A stretch of DNA of 64,000 nt. Source: Promethearchaeota archaeon. Lineage in GTDB: Archaea; Asgardarchaeota; Heimdallarchaeia; Hodarchaeales; Hodarchaeaceae. The notes below the pieces were generated by a model. The model made no database searches. It saw only the letters and a program-made list of their open reading frames with translations, and was not told where the DNA came from. Within the stretch, counting starts at the first letter, position 1, and each line of letters opens with the position of its first letter. The stretch is from NCBI GenBank assembly GCA_048938105.1, contig JBHLMN010000002.1, positions 32,001-96,000 on the forward strand, given 5' to 3'. Shown here one piece after another: positions 30,601 to 39,619 of this stretch. Both the position numbers and the translations under genes were made by a program.

Positions 30601-31028
30601 GTCCTTTGCTTTGGGGTCAATTTTCATTCACGAATAATTCTGGAGTAACAGTATCAATAGATGCAGGTTTTTTCTTGTTCTTAAAACCAATCCAAGAGCT
30701 CAAAGTAAAGCGACATAACAAGATTTGGACGTATTCTAAAACTGAAAAGGAACGTAATTTACATACAATTCCACCAGATAATTGGGTAATCGCATCATTT
30801 GGAGAGAACAAAGAAAAAGTACTTATGGTTTCACCAAACCCTAAAATCACTTTACGTGGGGATTATATGAATGCTAATAATTATAGTGAGTTTGTATGTG
30901 TTAATAGTTATAAATTAGCCCCTGAAAGCACTAAAACAATTGATATTGGTTTAATTTTCAGTAATAAGGGGACAGTTGAAGACTTTCAAGCTATTTTTAG
31001 TCAAGGGCGTGAATTCATACGAAAATAA
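27609..31028 (+). CDS. Large protein with N-terminal GNAT acetyltransferase domain and beta-rich C-terminal domains
   Basis: Acetyl-CoA motif LGVRPSQQKRGFGKSLL; LHTWAGNLRAVPVYKKTGF. Confidence 0.8.
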   Translation: MLIKVIKMTKDLPTKDSHFSINELHTKQVHTMRIRHPNTPQMAKIRELFVTLKDAGRLADCVNEWSEDDSWGGGFGNTKFTAERILKEWFSTKLIRRMVIDEEGIVQGYCTVDNHWTDEDTMYVQLLGVRPSQQKRGFGKSLLLKAVETAMNHGKRRLDLHTWAGNLRAVPVYKKTGFMWCPKTSVLMENFLPGILNTAFFNTFFLQNDWYKSRLFTVIQKADDFEKFGMKSYYYYFVQDDQNSLTVYVDRHAKDISGFSYVVNGEELSVQLIPNLHEVFLGIDLTTAELRINNKCKRPITIKGSFNFFKGIQAVSIESIDEVIEAYTKKQIVIKVELNPEVETYILDQDPWKRTDCRLYGLFEIDNKEIQLAVGWAPKESFQVILSEPSAYFGRYIERIDVPVGFRNMMNRPFNGRVVISGEGLSAPHEVRIDSLESGDAFETQVEVQKPIKSTVTAWQWNIQFYQQKSDGESALPPIIRHVSCFTKAGAVAYVNPHKAAIIENEQLRFQFDLKEINELQYINSKDVGEFPFRTFGMNIGKPFPAESSEFWRLDRPYKIIQYDNGVSFKQVMLSKVEKPGLQATRWITVEGGKPFISCYYRMTNTSDFPIENIAIRHWSPWRTPSLLIGKYILPLESGWIVSDDPEFNDNFDFPQNADEYAEPWIAKENQLGFGCGLIWDSSQVKSIQGNPFSGPQIDTKTYTLQPGETINLGHITWVFGRSIANLTRKIWLNEFNGKEFSFIEDGNIEHSTSLLEVRCGQNLALPKVSYNPLPSLNWIDLDSNNIPIDILYHARRETPIEVKIELKSSFWESPFQWKTKLESGINKRTQKEIRKDKQFDFQSIQIFTFKGEIHLPYTSRPFSGVVIPYKSSGKVTLEKKDDKWLFSNNLLSFQTSPTHGASLYSGRFNGGENLFFSRFPVRESFVWYKRFVGGFHPFIKISYHWDWLEFLDNVWSNPVLFKEDKWFGLSYQLDSPENDFRLKNISCRINYYTRYESPLLWGQFSFTNNSGVTVSIDAGFFLFLKPIQELKVKRHNKIWTYSKTEKERNLHTIPPDNWVIASFGENKEKVLMVSPNPKITLRGDYMNANNYSEFVCVNSYKLAPESTKTIDIGLIFSNKGTVEDFQAIFSQGREFIRK

Positions 31029-31230
31029 GCTTATAACATTAAAATCAGTCTTCTATGTTAGCTAAGGTTGGGATCTCACAATTTTTTGCCTTTTTTACCT
31101 CAATAATTTATAATATACTGATAATCTTTAGATAATTCACTTCCAAATGAATTAAGAAAAATACTAGAATCATTACTTAAACATATATTATATGGATTAC
31201 ATTTAAGCAAAGATGTAGTATGAAATAGTA

Positions 31231-33081
31231 ATGAGTAGAATGCCAACTGAGGATTTTTCTCTCGAATCTGTCTTGAATACACTACCTCCTCAGCCTGGAA
31301 TCTATCTCATGTTGAATGAAAAGGGTAAAGTCATCTATATTGGAGCCAGCTCAAATCTCAAAAAACGAGTGGCTTCATATTTTAGCAAGGATTTACCTGA
31401 TCCAAAAACTAAACGATTAGTTTCAAAAATAAAATCAATAGATTACGAAATTCATAAATCTATTGAAGCTGCATTCTTACGCGAACGGGAATTAATTCAA
31501 ATTCATTCACCTCGGTTTAATCTTGATTGGAAAGATGATAAACAATACCCTATGATCCAGATTACAGCCCCCTCAGACAAAGAACTTTTTTCTCGTTTAT
31601 TTATTGTCCGAAGTATCACCAATCGTGGTGATTGGTACTTCGGAAGAAAAAAAGACGTTAAAGCTCTTCGTGCATCGGTTCGTTCTTTACGTAAGGTTTT
31701 TCCTATTGCAAATAAGAGTTATTGTTTTCGTACAAAAAAAGAATGTCTTGATTACTCCATTCAACGATGTACAGCTCCCTGTGTTGGTAAAATATCTAAA
31801 GATGAATATCAACAGATTGTAGATCAATTTATTTTATTTTTACAAGGGAAAAAAGAAGATCTATTGTATATTCTACATCAAAAGATGGATCAAGCTGCTG
31901 ATGATTTAAACTTTGAATTTGCAGCGAAAGTTCGAGACCGTATTACTCAGATTGAAAGCATTATTGACTCTCAACAAGAATTTCCCCAACCCAGAGATAA
32001 GGATATCATTATTCTCTTAGAAAATTCCAATTATTATATGTTGGTAATCTTTTGGATTCGTGATAACAATGTTATAGATTACGAAGTAAAATTTTTGGGA
32101 ATCCTTAAAGCTCTACCAAAAACAGAAATCATTAAGTCATTTATTACTCATTATTACTTAGAAACAGATTTCATTCCTGATATTATTGAAGTTTCAAGCA
32201 AATTAGATAATGAAATAGAGATTTTAGAAATCTGGTTATCTAAAAAACAGGGAAGCAGTGTTAAAATCAATATCAATCCAGAGATTTTAAATTCTGATAT
32301 TCTCAGGAAAAACATTTACAGTTTACAATTGGAACTCAGTGAAAAAGTTCTGTCAATTCAAAAGAAAGAACAACTGAAAAAGGACGCCCTTGTTGAGCTT
32401 CAAAGTCATCTCAGCCTCTCGGGCTTACCACGACGTATAGAAACATTTGATATTTCAAATATTCAAGGAGCTTTCCCAGTTGGCGCTATGTCTGTATTTG
32501 AAGATGGACTGCCTTTAAAATCGCAATATCGTCGTTTTAAAATAAAATCAATTAAACCTGAACCTAATGATGTTGCTATGTTACAAGAAATGCTAAATCG
32601 AAGGCTTATGCATGATGATGATCGTTTTGCTTCCTCTTTACCAGATTTATTGTTGATTGATGGTGGAAAACCTCAGGTTAATGCTGCTTATAATGTATTA
32701 CAGAAATATAATCAAAAAATCCAGGAAATTCCTGTCATTGGTTTAGCAAAAAAAGAAGAAAAAGTCTTCTTACCCAAGAAAAAGGATCCTCTTTCTATTC
32801 CCCAAGAAAGTGCAGCATTAAGATTACTTAAACAATGTCGGGATGAAGCCCATCGATTTGCGGTCACATATCATAAAAAAAGACGGTTGTTAGAGCCTAA
32901 ATCACAATTAGATCAAATTGAAGGTGTTGGTGCTAAGCGTAGAAATTCATTACTTCAATATTTCGGAGATTTAAGCAGAATTCGTGAAGCTCCTGTTGAA
33001 GAATTAGCTCAGGTTGAAGGAATTAGTCGTGTAATAGCAGAAAGAATCTACTTATTTTTTAGAACTAAGAAACAGCAATAA
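31231..33081 (+). CDS. uvrC: Excinuclease ABC subunit C
   Basis: GIY-YIG (PGIYLM..IYIG), UVR domain, IETFDISN, PDLLLIDGGK, RDEAHRFA and C-terminal HhH. Confidence 0.95.
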   Translation: MSRMPTEDFSLESVLNTLPPQPGIYLMLNEKGKVIYIGASSNLKKRVASYFSKDLPDPKTKRLVSKIKSIDYEIHKSIEAAFLRERELIQIHSPRFNLDWKDDKQYPMIQITAPSDKELFSRLFIVRSITNRGDWYFGRKKDVKALRASVRSLRKVFPIANKSYCFRTKKECLDYSIQRCTAPCVGKISKDEYQQIVDQFILFLQGKKEDLLYILHQKMDQAADDLNFEFAAKVRDRITQIESIIDSQQEFPQPRDKDIIILLENSNYYMLVIFWIRDNNVIDYEVKFLGILKALPKTEIIKSFITHYYLETDFIPDIIEVSSKLDNEIEILEIWLSKKQGSSVKININPEILNSDILRKNIYSLQLELSEKVLSIQKKEQLKKDALVELQSHLSLSGLPRRIETFDISNIQGAFPVGAMSVFEDGLPLKSQYRRFKIKSIKPEPNDVAMLQEMLNRRLMHDDDRFASSLPDLLLIDGGKPQVNAAYNVLQKYNQKIQEIPVIGLAKKEEKVFLPKKKDPLSIPQESAALRLLKQCRDEAHRFAVTYHKKRRLLEPKSQLDQIEGVGAKRRNSLLQYFGDLSRIREAPVEELAQVEGISRVIAERIYLFFRTKKQQ

Positions 33082-33151
33082 TTTGAGAATTAAATTCAAT
33101 ATACCAAAATTTAGAGAAAATGAATGTTTGACCTTTAAAGGACATATCTAG

Positions 33152-35806
33152 TTAATTGATGTTAGTTATTCGGGCTCCAAGTTGACATATTGTCTCCTTG
33201 ATTGTTGTGTTAATTATAGTTCTTGGGATTTTTTTCTCGCTCTTGACATCTATTTTAATTTCCAAAGAAATCTCAGCTTTTTTTGATTCTAAGGGAACTA
33301 TAACTCCCCGATAAAAAGCAGGGAGATATTTTGATTCAAGATCCTTTACCTCCACAGATAATGAATAGACCTCCTGAGGTTTAATCCAGATTTTAGAAGG
33401 TGTTTTGAATATTAATTCAGAAGGAGTAGTAGTTCCAAGGTCTTTTGGAATAATTACTTCCTGAATTTCAGGATTATTAGCTATTTGACTTGCAATTGTT
33501 TTTGCAATTTCCTTCCCAAGGAGAATTTCATTTGATGCAAATATGATCTGTATTGGGGCAAGCTCAACTGAAAAAAAGAATGTATTCGGTTGGATCTTGT
33601 TACCACTTATTATTGCTCTCCCAAAGGCTCCTTCTTTGACTCCCCAACAAATAGCTTGTTGAATTACCTCTGATGATGTAATTTTAGGTAAATTAGGATT
33701 AATTAAGAATTGTTCAAGAAGTAATTGCGTCGAAATACGTTGGCCAGAGGTAAAAAATTCTTCTAATAGCTTTCGATAGTGGAGAGTAGAAACAATGAAT
33801 TCACGTGTAACCAATTCACGATGATACCATTTTGTAAGAGGTTCATAATTGAGCGTAGGAAGTCCTAGCGAAATCGTTCTTCTTCCATCGTTAAGAATCG
33901 AATAAGTTTTTCTAACGCTATAAGATATTGAATCCATAATTCTAACTTGTCGCTGTCTAATCTCTGAACTGAAATCATGTGTTTTTGAGTAAAATTTTTT
34001 TTCTAATTCATTTAAAGCAAGTTTTGTTTGCACAAGATTTTGTAAGTCCGTGAGATGAGAGTCATTTGGTATAGCATAAACGATTGTGTTTTTATATCGA
34101 CGGAAAGTCCTCCCTTTATTTTCTAGCCAGTCTTCCAATGATTTTTTAGGAGTTGCTGGATGTATTAATACGATCTTTAGCTTTTGATTGTCAGGAATTT
34201 CATTTGAAGAATTTGGCCATATAATTGTTTTAAATTCTTTACCAACGTGCTTTATAATTTCCTTTTTCATTTCTTCTTCGAAACCCTCTTGAAATAAGTC
34301 TTTAATATCTTGAATTTTGCGATTTAGATTTGGTTCATGGCTGAAATAATAACGTCCATCTTCAAAATGCAAGTGATTGAGATTTCTAAGGAGATGATGA
34401 AGAATCTCAGAGATCAACGAGATATGAATGTGTGGATTCAAGACATTCAATTTAAGTTCAGAAAGAGCTAATCCTACTGGTTTTTCTTCAAGTGTGAATG
34501 AATTTAAAAAAATGGTTTGAGAAATCCCCAAGGCTAGATTATGCCATTCTGGGTACTTTTTATCTAGAAAATTAGCTTTAGAACCTGACCCAACTATATC
34601 TGAATAAATAATTGATTCAAATTGACCATTAATATGCTGTAAAAAATCATTTCTTAGAAAAGGCTCTTGAAGATTCACATTCATTGGGAGAATGAGGTCC
34701 AATTTCTCTTTGGAAGACCATAAGCTAGAAAGTGTGCGTGATAATATTCGTAGAATAGCTCTTGTACCCTGAAATGATGGAAAACTTCCCCACTTATCGT
34801 AAAGTACATCAATGAGTTCCGGATGGAAGGGGTATGAGTCTTTCATTCGTATAATAAAATTGGGCTCTAGGATCTTTTCAGGAAGGTTTTTTCGTTGTTT
34901 CTGATACATTTGCAAATATTTTAAGACAACTTCCTCAAGATTTTTATCTAGAAGCACTTTTTCAATTAACCTTTTTGTTACTAAAGGGTATATTTCTTCC
35001 TGCTCAATTGGTGTCTCAATTGTTTCCACACGTCCTAGGATATGGTTCAAACGATTTAATGTATCTAAAGATGTCTCTGAATGGTCCTCATATTTGTGAG
35101 ATGGAAGTGTTATTATTAATAAACCTCGCGATAACGAATTTATTGCTTCAGTTAATTCTTGAAAGAACAACAAGGATTGAATTCCTAAATTAGATTCGTT
35201 TACTGATATTCCTTGAGCTTTAACAATATATTCTGCAATTTCATCAATGAGAAGTAGAAAAGGTTCATGTTTTGAAAGAAAATTTCTTAGTTTGTCCTTT
35301 CCAGGACTTATACAGTTGATATCATTGTCTGAGAATTCTTTATACCCTTCAATTCCTGCTATCTGGTACGCAATGTCACCCCAAAGTGTGTGGATACATA
35401 TATCATGTTCTTTTCGCCCCTCTAAAGGATTTAAATTCGTTCCTATAAGTGTAACGACTTTAGTTTTTAAAGGCGGGAGATTTTTTGGCAGATACTCTTG
35501 AATTACAGTTCCATTTGTGGCATAATGATAAATAGCGATCAATGCATGAGTTTTCCCCCCTCCAAATGGCGTTTGTAGTTTAATTACTCCAGTGCCTTCT
35601 TCATTACAGAGTTTCATCTGAACAGATTGAAGAAGGTTAAGTAATCCTCTAGTTAGAAAGGTTTTTTGAAAGAATTTTAGAGGATTAGAGTAATCTATAG
35701 ATGCTGATCCTAGTATAATGTTACTAAGATCAGCAACAAAAAAATCTTTTATTTGACCAGATTGAATCATTTTATGAGGAACAACAATATCATACCATGG
35801 TTTCAT
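33152..35806 (-). CDS. DUF499-family AAA+ ATPase (BREX-related)
   Basis: MKPWYDIVVPH start, FFQKTFLTRGL, Walker A QTPFGGGKTH, TLWGDIA, LLIDE, SYPFHPELI, FQGTRAILR. Confidence 0.85.
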   Translation of the reverse strand: MKPWYDIVVPHKMIQSGQIKDFFVADLSNIILGSASIDYSNPLKFFQKTFLTRGLLNLLQSVQMKLCNEEGTGVIKLQTPFGGGKTHALIAIYHYATNGTVIQEYLPKNLPPLKTKVVTLIGTNLNPLEGRKEHDICIHTLWGDIAYQIAGIEGYKEFSDNDINCISPGKDKLRNFLSKHEPFLLLIDEIAEYIVKAQGISVNESNLGIQSLLFFQELTEAINSLSRGLLIITLPSHKYEDHSETSLDTLNRLNHILGRVETIETPIEQEEIYPLVTKRLIEKVLLDKNLEEVVLKYLQMYQKQRKNLPEKILEPNFIIRMKDSYPFHPELIDVLYDKWGSFPSFQGTRAILRILSRTLSSLWSSKEKLDLILPMNVNLQEPFLRNDFLQHINGQFESIIYSDIVGSGSKANFLDKKYPEWHNLALGISQTIFLNSFTLEEKPVGLALSELKLNVLNPHIHISLISEILHHLLRNLNHLHFEDGRYYFSHEPNLNRKIQDIKDLFQEGFEEEMKKEIIKHVGKEFKTIIWPNSSNEIPDNQKLKIVLIHPATPKKSLEDWLENKGRTFRRYKNTIVYAIPNDSHLTDLQNLVQTKLALNELEKKFYSKTHDFSSEIRQRQVRIMDSISYSVRKTYSILNDGRRTISLGLPTLNYEPLTKWYHRELVTREFIVSTLHYRKLLEEFFTSGQRISTQLLLEQFLINPNLPKITSSEVIQQAICWGVKEGAFGRAIISGNKIQPNTFFFSVELAPIQIIFASNEILLGKEIAKTIASQIANNPEIQEVIIPKDLGTTTPSELIFKTPSKIWIKPQEVYSLSVEVKDLESKYLPAFYRGVIVPLESKKAEISLEIKIDVKSEKKIPRTIINTTIKETICQLGARITNIN

Positions 35807-35939
35807 GACCTTTCATCTCTAACAAGATACATCGATTTATTATTTAGATTTGTTCACTCTTTGTTTTAGTCATCTTGTTTAGGAACAACTATGCAATGAT
35901 TTTTGAAGAGTACCGATAATTATCTTTTAGGTATGGACT

Positions 35940-36131
35940 TTGAAGAAAATTACTAAGAAAATAGTGAAAGGTGCTACCAAAGAAGCATTGAACGTAACAA
36001 CACGAGCAGTTAGTGGGGCTGCGGCTGATATTGCTAAAGAATCTATTAAAGAAGAACTGGAGAAGAGTGGAGTTACTGATATAGTTAAGGATAAGATTCA
36101 CAAAACTACCAAGAAATTAACTGAAAAATAA
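35940..36131 (+). CDS. Small basic/helical hypothetical protein
   Basis: 63-aa ORF with protein-like composition, upstream of the cupin on the same strand. Confidence 0.5.
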   Translation: MKKITKKIVKGATKEALNVTTRAVSGAAADIAKESIKEELEKSGVTDIVKDKIHKTTKKLTEK

Positions 36132-36179
36132 GTTTCTTTCTTAAACATAATTCTCAAATAGACAATTGAAGGCAGTAAG

Positions 36180-36524
36180 ATGAATTTAAAGAAAGTTGGT
36201 AATATCTCTTCTGAAAATGTAACCATGTATGGATCCTCGGGTACAACAATTCAATGGTTATGGTCTAAAGAGGAAGCACCTCATTTTGCTCTTAGAAGAT
36301 TTGTAATTAGACCAGGAGGTGAAATTGGGCTACACAGTCATGTAGAAGAGCATGAGATTTTTATTCTCTCAGGAGAAGGGATTGTGTTCAACGATTCTGA
36401 GGAGTTTCATATCCAACCAGAAGATACTCTATTCGTCCCCTCAGATGAACCTCATGGTTATCGGAACATGGGTGAAAGCGATTTAGTTTTCCTGTGTATT
36501 ATTCCAAATTTAAAAACAACTTAG
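36180..36524 (+). CDS. Cupin-domain protein
   Basis: HSHVEEHEIFILSGEG and VPSDEPHGYRN motifs. Confidence 0.9.
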   Translation: MNLKKVGNISSENVTMYGSSGTTIQWLWSKEEAPHFALRRFVIRPGGEIGLHSHVEEHEIFILSGEGIVFNDSEEFHIQPEDTLFVPSDEPHGYRNMGESDLVFLCIIPNLKTT

Positions 36525-36556
36525 ATTAAAAAAATACCATACGGACGTAGGAGACC

Positions 36557-37900
36557 ATGTCGAAAGAGATAAGAAAAGAATGGATGGCTACTTATCACGA
36601 AGGTGATTCACGATTACGAGAGAAACGTCATGGTATTTTACGACTGAATAATACAAAACAACGGATCGAGTTTGCAGTACAAACAGCAGAAAAATCTCCT
36701 TTAATAATTGTCAACTATCCTCTTAAGCATCTTCGAGATGTCATCATCATTGATAAACGTCAGAAAATGAAAAAACAACACTTTCTGAAATTAAAATTAG
36801 GTGAACCACCAAATGAGATGACTCCTCTCTTTTCTTTCAGTTTAGCTGATTTAAAATCTGTGAAGAATGAAATTCTAACATTTCAAGAAGAAATCCGAGC
36901 GTTAGAATCTGAGGATGTTGAACATTCAGAAGTAGATGTCATTCAAATGTTTGCTCAGTTGCTAATGACACCTGTTGAGCAATTTCAACAGTTTATAGGG
37001 GATGTGACTTCTCGATTACGCGCCCTAACTATTAAACCTGCGAAAACCGTAGTTTCAAAATTGGAACCAACATTTCCTTACCAAACCCGCGAGATAGAGC
37101 TTAATGAACGGAAAATTTGTTTTTATAGCACTTCTTATTCCCATAAAACCGTTTTATTATTACTTTCCCCCATTGGCGGGCGAATTGAGGATTACTATCC
37201 ATTAATCTCATCGTTGCTTGGCCAATATCAAATATTTATCTTAGGACTTCGAGGATTTATTGAACCAATTTCCCAGGATATAGATTTTAAGTTAAAAGAT
37301 TATATACAAGATATTAAAGATTTTATAGAATATATCGGCCCTGAAAAAGAAATTGTCCTTGGAGCTCATTCATTATTTTCTGCAATTATTTTAGAGGAGT
37401 TCTTGAACCCAAAGTATTCAAATATCAAAAAATTTGTATTAGTGTCAGGTGCCCATCGTGCTCCAGATAATTTCAGAAAGGGAGTTAAATTTTTACCTCC
37501 AACTCAAGTCTGGGGTTCATTTAGGGGACAAGTTAAGAAGATTGCTCCTAAAATACTTTATTCTAGAAATACCGAAAAGGAGATTATAAATTCATTTATT
37601 CAACACGCATTTAATGTACCAGATATAGTTTATTATGAAATATTTAAGGACTTTATACCAAAAGATTATACTAAAAAGCTCCAATCATTGGAAAAACCCC
37701 TTTTAATAATATGGGGCAAAAGTGATCAGCTTATTCCTGAAGACTTAAGAGAAGAACTGATTGAATGCGTTCCTAGTAACCTATTAACTCTCAAGGAAAT
37801 CCCTGGAAGTCACATGGTAATTTTTGAAGAACCAGAGAAAGTAGCAGATGAAATTAACAGATTTATAACGAAAGAATGGAGTCAAATTAAAATTGAATGA
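36557..37900 (+). CDS. Alpha/beta-hydrolase with an extra N-terminal (PH-like?) domain
   Basis: LRGF, AHSLFS nucleophile elbow, WGKSDQLI, GSHMVIFEEPEKV; ~170-aa N-terminal extension. Confidence 0.75.
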   Translation: MSKEIRKEWMATYHEGDSRLREKRHGILRLNNTKQRIEFAVQTAEKSPLIIVNYPLKHLRDVIIIDKRQKMKKQHFLKLKLGEPPNEMTPLFSFSLADLKSVKNEILTFQEEIRALESEDVEHSEVDVIQMFAQLLMTPVEQFQQFIGDVTSRLRALTIKPAKTVVSKLEPTFPYQTREIELNERKICFYSTSYSHKTVLLLLSPIGGRIEDYYPLISSLLGQYQIFILGLRGFIEPISQDIDFKLKDYIQDIKDFIEYIGPEKEIVLGAHSLFSAIILEEFLNPKYSNIKKFVLVSGAHRAPDNFRKGVKFLPPTQVWGSFRGQVKKIAPKILYSRNTEKEIINSFIQHAFNVPDIVYYEIFKDFIPKDYTKKLQSLEKPLLIIWGKSDQLIPEDLREELIECVPSNLLTLKEIPGSHMVIFEEPEKVADEINRFITKEWSQIKIE

Positions 37901-38219
37901 TAGTCATGTACATAAAGCATTTAAAATCCGGTTTCTTGATAAAACAGTCTGGAATGATATCAAGGTAGATTTGAAAGCAAAACTCCGTGAGAATGATATA
38001 TTGTTTCAATATTCTGAAAAGACTCCAACTTTTCATGTTCTCTATAAAAGTGACATGATTGAAATACGAGTTACTTGGGAGGAGGAGATACTCCTTTTTA
38101 ACTTATTAACGAAAAAGAGTATAAGCTCTGAGCAAATAAAAGCATGTCGAGAAATTTATGACTTACTCATTCTCTTCTCTGGCGAATTGGTAAGTGGAAA
38201 TTCTCCATATAACTGGTAG
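37893..38219 (+). CDS. Hypothetical protein
   Basis: 108-aa ORF overlapping the hydrolase stop (translational coupling). Confidence 0.6.
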   Translation: MNDSHVHKAFKIRFLDKTVWNDIKVDLKAKLRENDILFQYSEKTPTFHVLYKSDMIEIRVTWEEEILLFNLLTKKSISSEQIKACREIYDLLILFSGELVSGNSPYNW

Positions 38220-38227
38220 TTTTGAAC

Positions 38228-38398
38228 CTAAGTGCCATAGTCTTCTTCTAAGTGTTTGATGAATTCCTTGAGATGCTTATAAAACGGACGCAGCTTACCT
38301 TGTTCCCATTCTTGAGCAATTTTTCTGTACATTTCTCCATCTAGGTTAAGTTGAAGCCCTTTTCCAGTATCTTTTACAGATATTCCTGCAATTGTCAT
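38228..38398 (-). CDS. Small 56-aa hypothetical protein (MTIAGISVKDTGKGLQLNLDGEMYRKIAQEWEQGKLRPFYKHLKEFIKHLEEDYGT)
   Basis: Manual translation; GGAGA RBS upstream; not in the ORF track. Confidence 0.65.
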   Translation of the reverse strand: MTIAGISVKDTGKGLQLNLDGEMYRKIAQEWEQGKLRPFYKHLKEFIKHLEEDYGT

Positions 38399-38640
38399 TA
38401 TTTTCTCTCCAAAATAATCTCAGATAATAGAAAATATAATATAAAATTAAAAGATTTTTCAATCTTCTTTAATTCTATAGATTAATCATGATTGTGATTA
38501 ATAAAACTGGGCTCTTGACAAGAAAGAGGTACTTCTCACTAAGTTCAATTTTTCTTCGGAAAAATCTAGCGGATTATCTGAAGTTGGATTTGAAATTAAA
38601 GACGATTGAAAAGGAAAAAAGAAAAGAGGTTATGAAAAAA

Positions 38641-39606
38641 CTAGAATCCTGCTTTTTTAAGTAATTCTTCCCAGCGTTTATCCACTTCCGCTTGAAACTT
38701 TTCAATAAGGTCTGTTTTTTCAGTAGGTCTAAATAGGTGCCGCCATCGCCCTTCCTTCTTGAGAAATTCTACTAAAGGCACTTTCCTGGAGGGATCTTTA
38801 GCAATTCTTTCACTAGGGCGGCTGAGTGTGTATTCGCCCTCAATTACGGTGTATAAGGGGTGTAAACAAGTTTCCACAGCCATTTTAACATATTCAATTG
38901 ATTTCGCTGGATCAAATCGCTGGCCTCGGTTGCAAGAAGCTTCAATGTGCATAAATGCAGGACCATCTACATCAAGTCCAGCTCGAACTTTTGCAATTAG
39001 GTCTGCTGGGTAGCCTGGGGCTGCTGTCGCTACAAAAGGAATTCGATGAGCTACCATGATATCAGTTATAGGTTTTCGAAATTGAGTTTTTCCTGGAATT
39101 ACAGAGCCAGCAGGAGAAGTGGTTGTGGAAGCACTGAATGGAGTACCTCCAGATCGTTGGATTCCTGTGTTCATGTATGCTCCATTATCATACAATATGT
39201 AAAGAAGGTCATGACCTCTTTCAAAGGCTCCAGATATGGCTTGAATACCAATATCATAGGTGCCACCATCCCCACCAAAAACTACAATGTCAGTTTTTCC
39301 TGCAGTATAGGTACCTTTTCTTGTCATTGCTTTGATTGCTGCTTCAACACCACTAGCTACTGCTGCTGAGTTTTCAAATGCCACATGGAGCCATGGTACT
39401 TCCCAAGCGGAGAATGGGTATATAGTACTCGCCACTTCGAGGCATCCAGTCGAATTAAAAATCATAGTCGGCTTATTAAAGGCCATAGTTACTTGACGTG
39501 CCATTGATCCAGCAGCACAACCAGCACAGAGGCGATGGCCACCAGTGAAGTATGTAGGCTTATCTACTAGATCTTTTAATTTATATTTAGGAACATTGAT
39601 TGTCAT
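38641..39606 (-). CDS. porB: Pyruvate (2-oxoacid):ferredoxin oxidoreductase beta subunit
   Basis: GHRLCAGC, TGCLEV, GGDGGTYDIG, DNGAYMNTGIQRS. Start set at the ATG after the GGAGG RBS (MTINVPK). Confidence 0.9.
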   Translation of the reverse strand: MTINVPKYKLKDLVDKPTYFTGGHRLCAGCAAGSMARQVTMAFNKPTMIFNSTGCLEVASTIYPFSAWEVPWLHVAFENSAAVASGVEAAIKAMTRKGTYTAGKTDIVVFGGDGGTYDIGIQAISGAFERGHDLLYILYDNGAYMNTGIQRSGGTPFSASTTTSPAGSVIPGKTQFRKPITDIMVAHRIPFVATAAPGYPADLIAKVRAGLDVDGPAFMHIEASCNRGQRFDPAKSIEYVKMAVETCLHPLYTVIEGEYTLSRPSERIAKDPSRKVPLVEFLKKEGRWRHLFRPTEKTDLIEKFQAEVDKRWEELLKKAGF

Positions 39607-39619
39607 AATAGTGCCTCCT

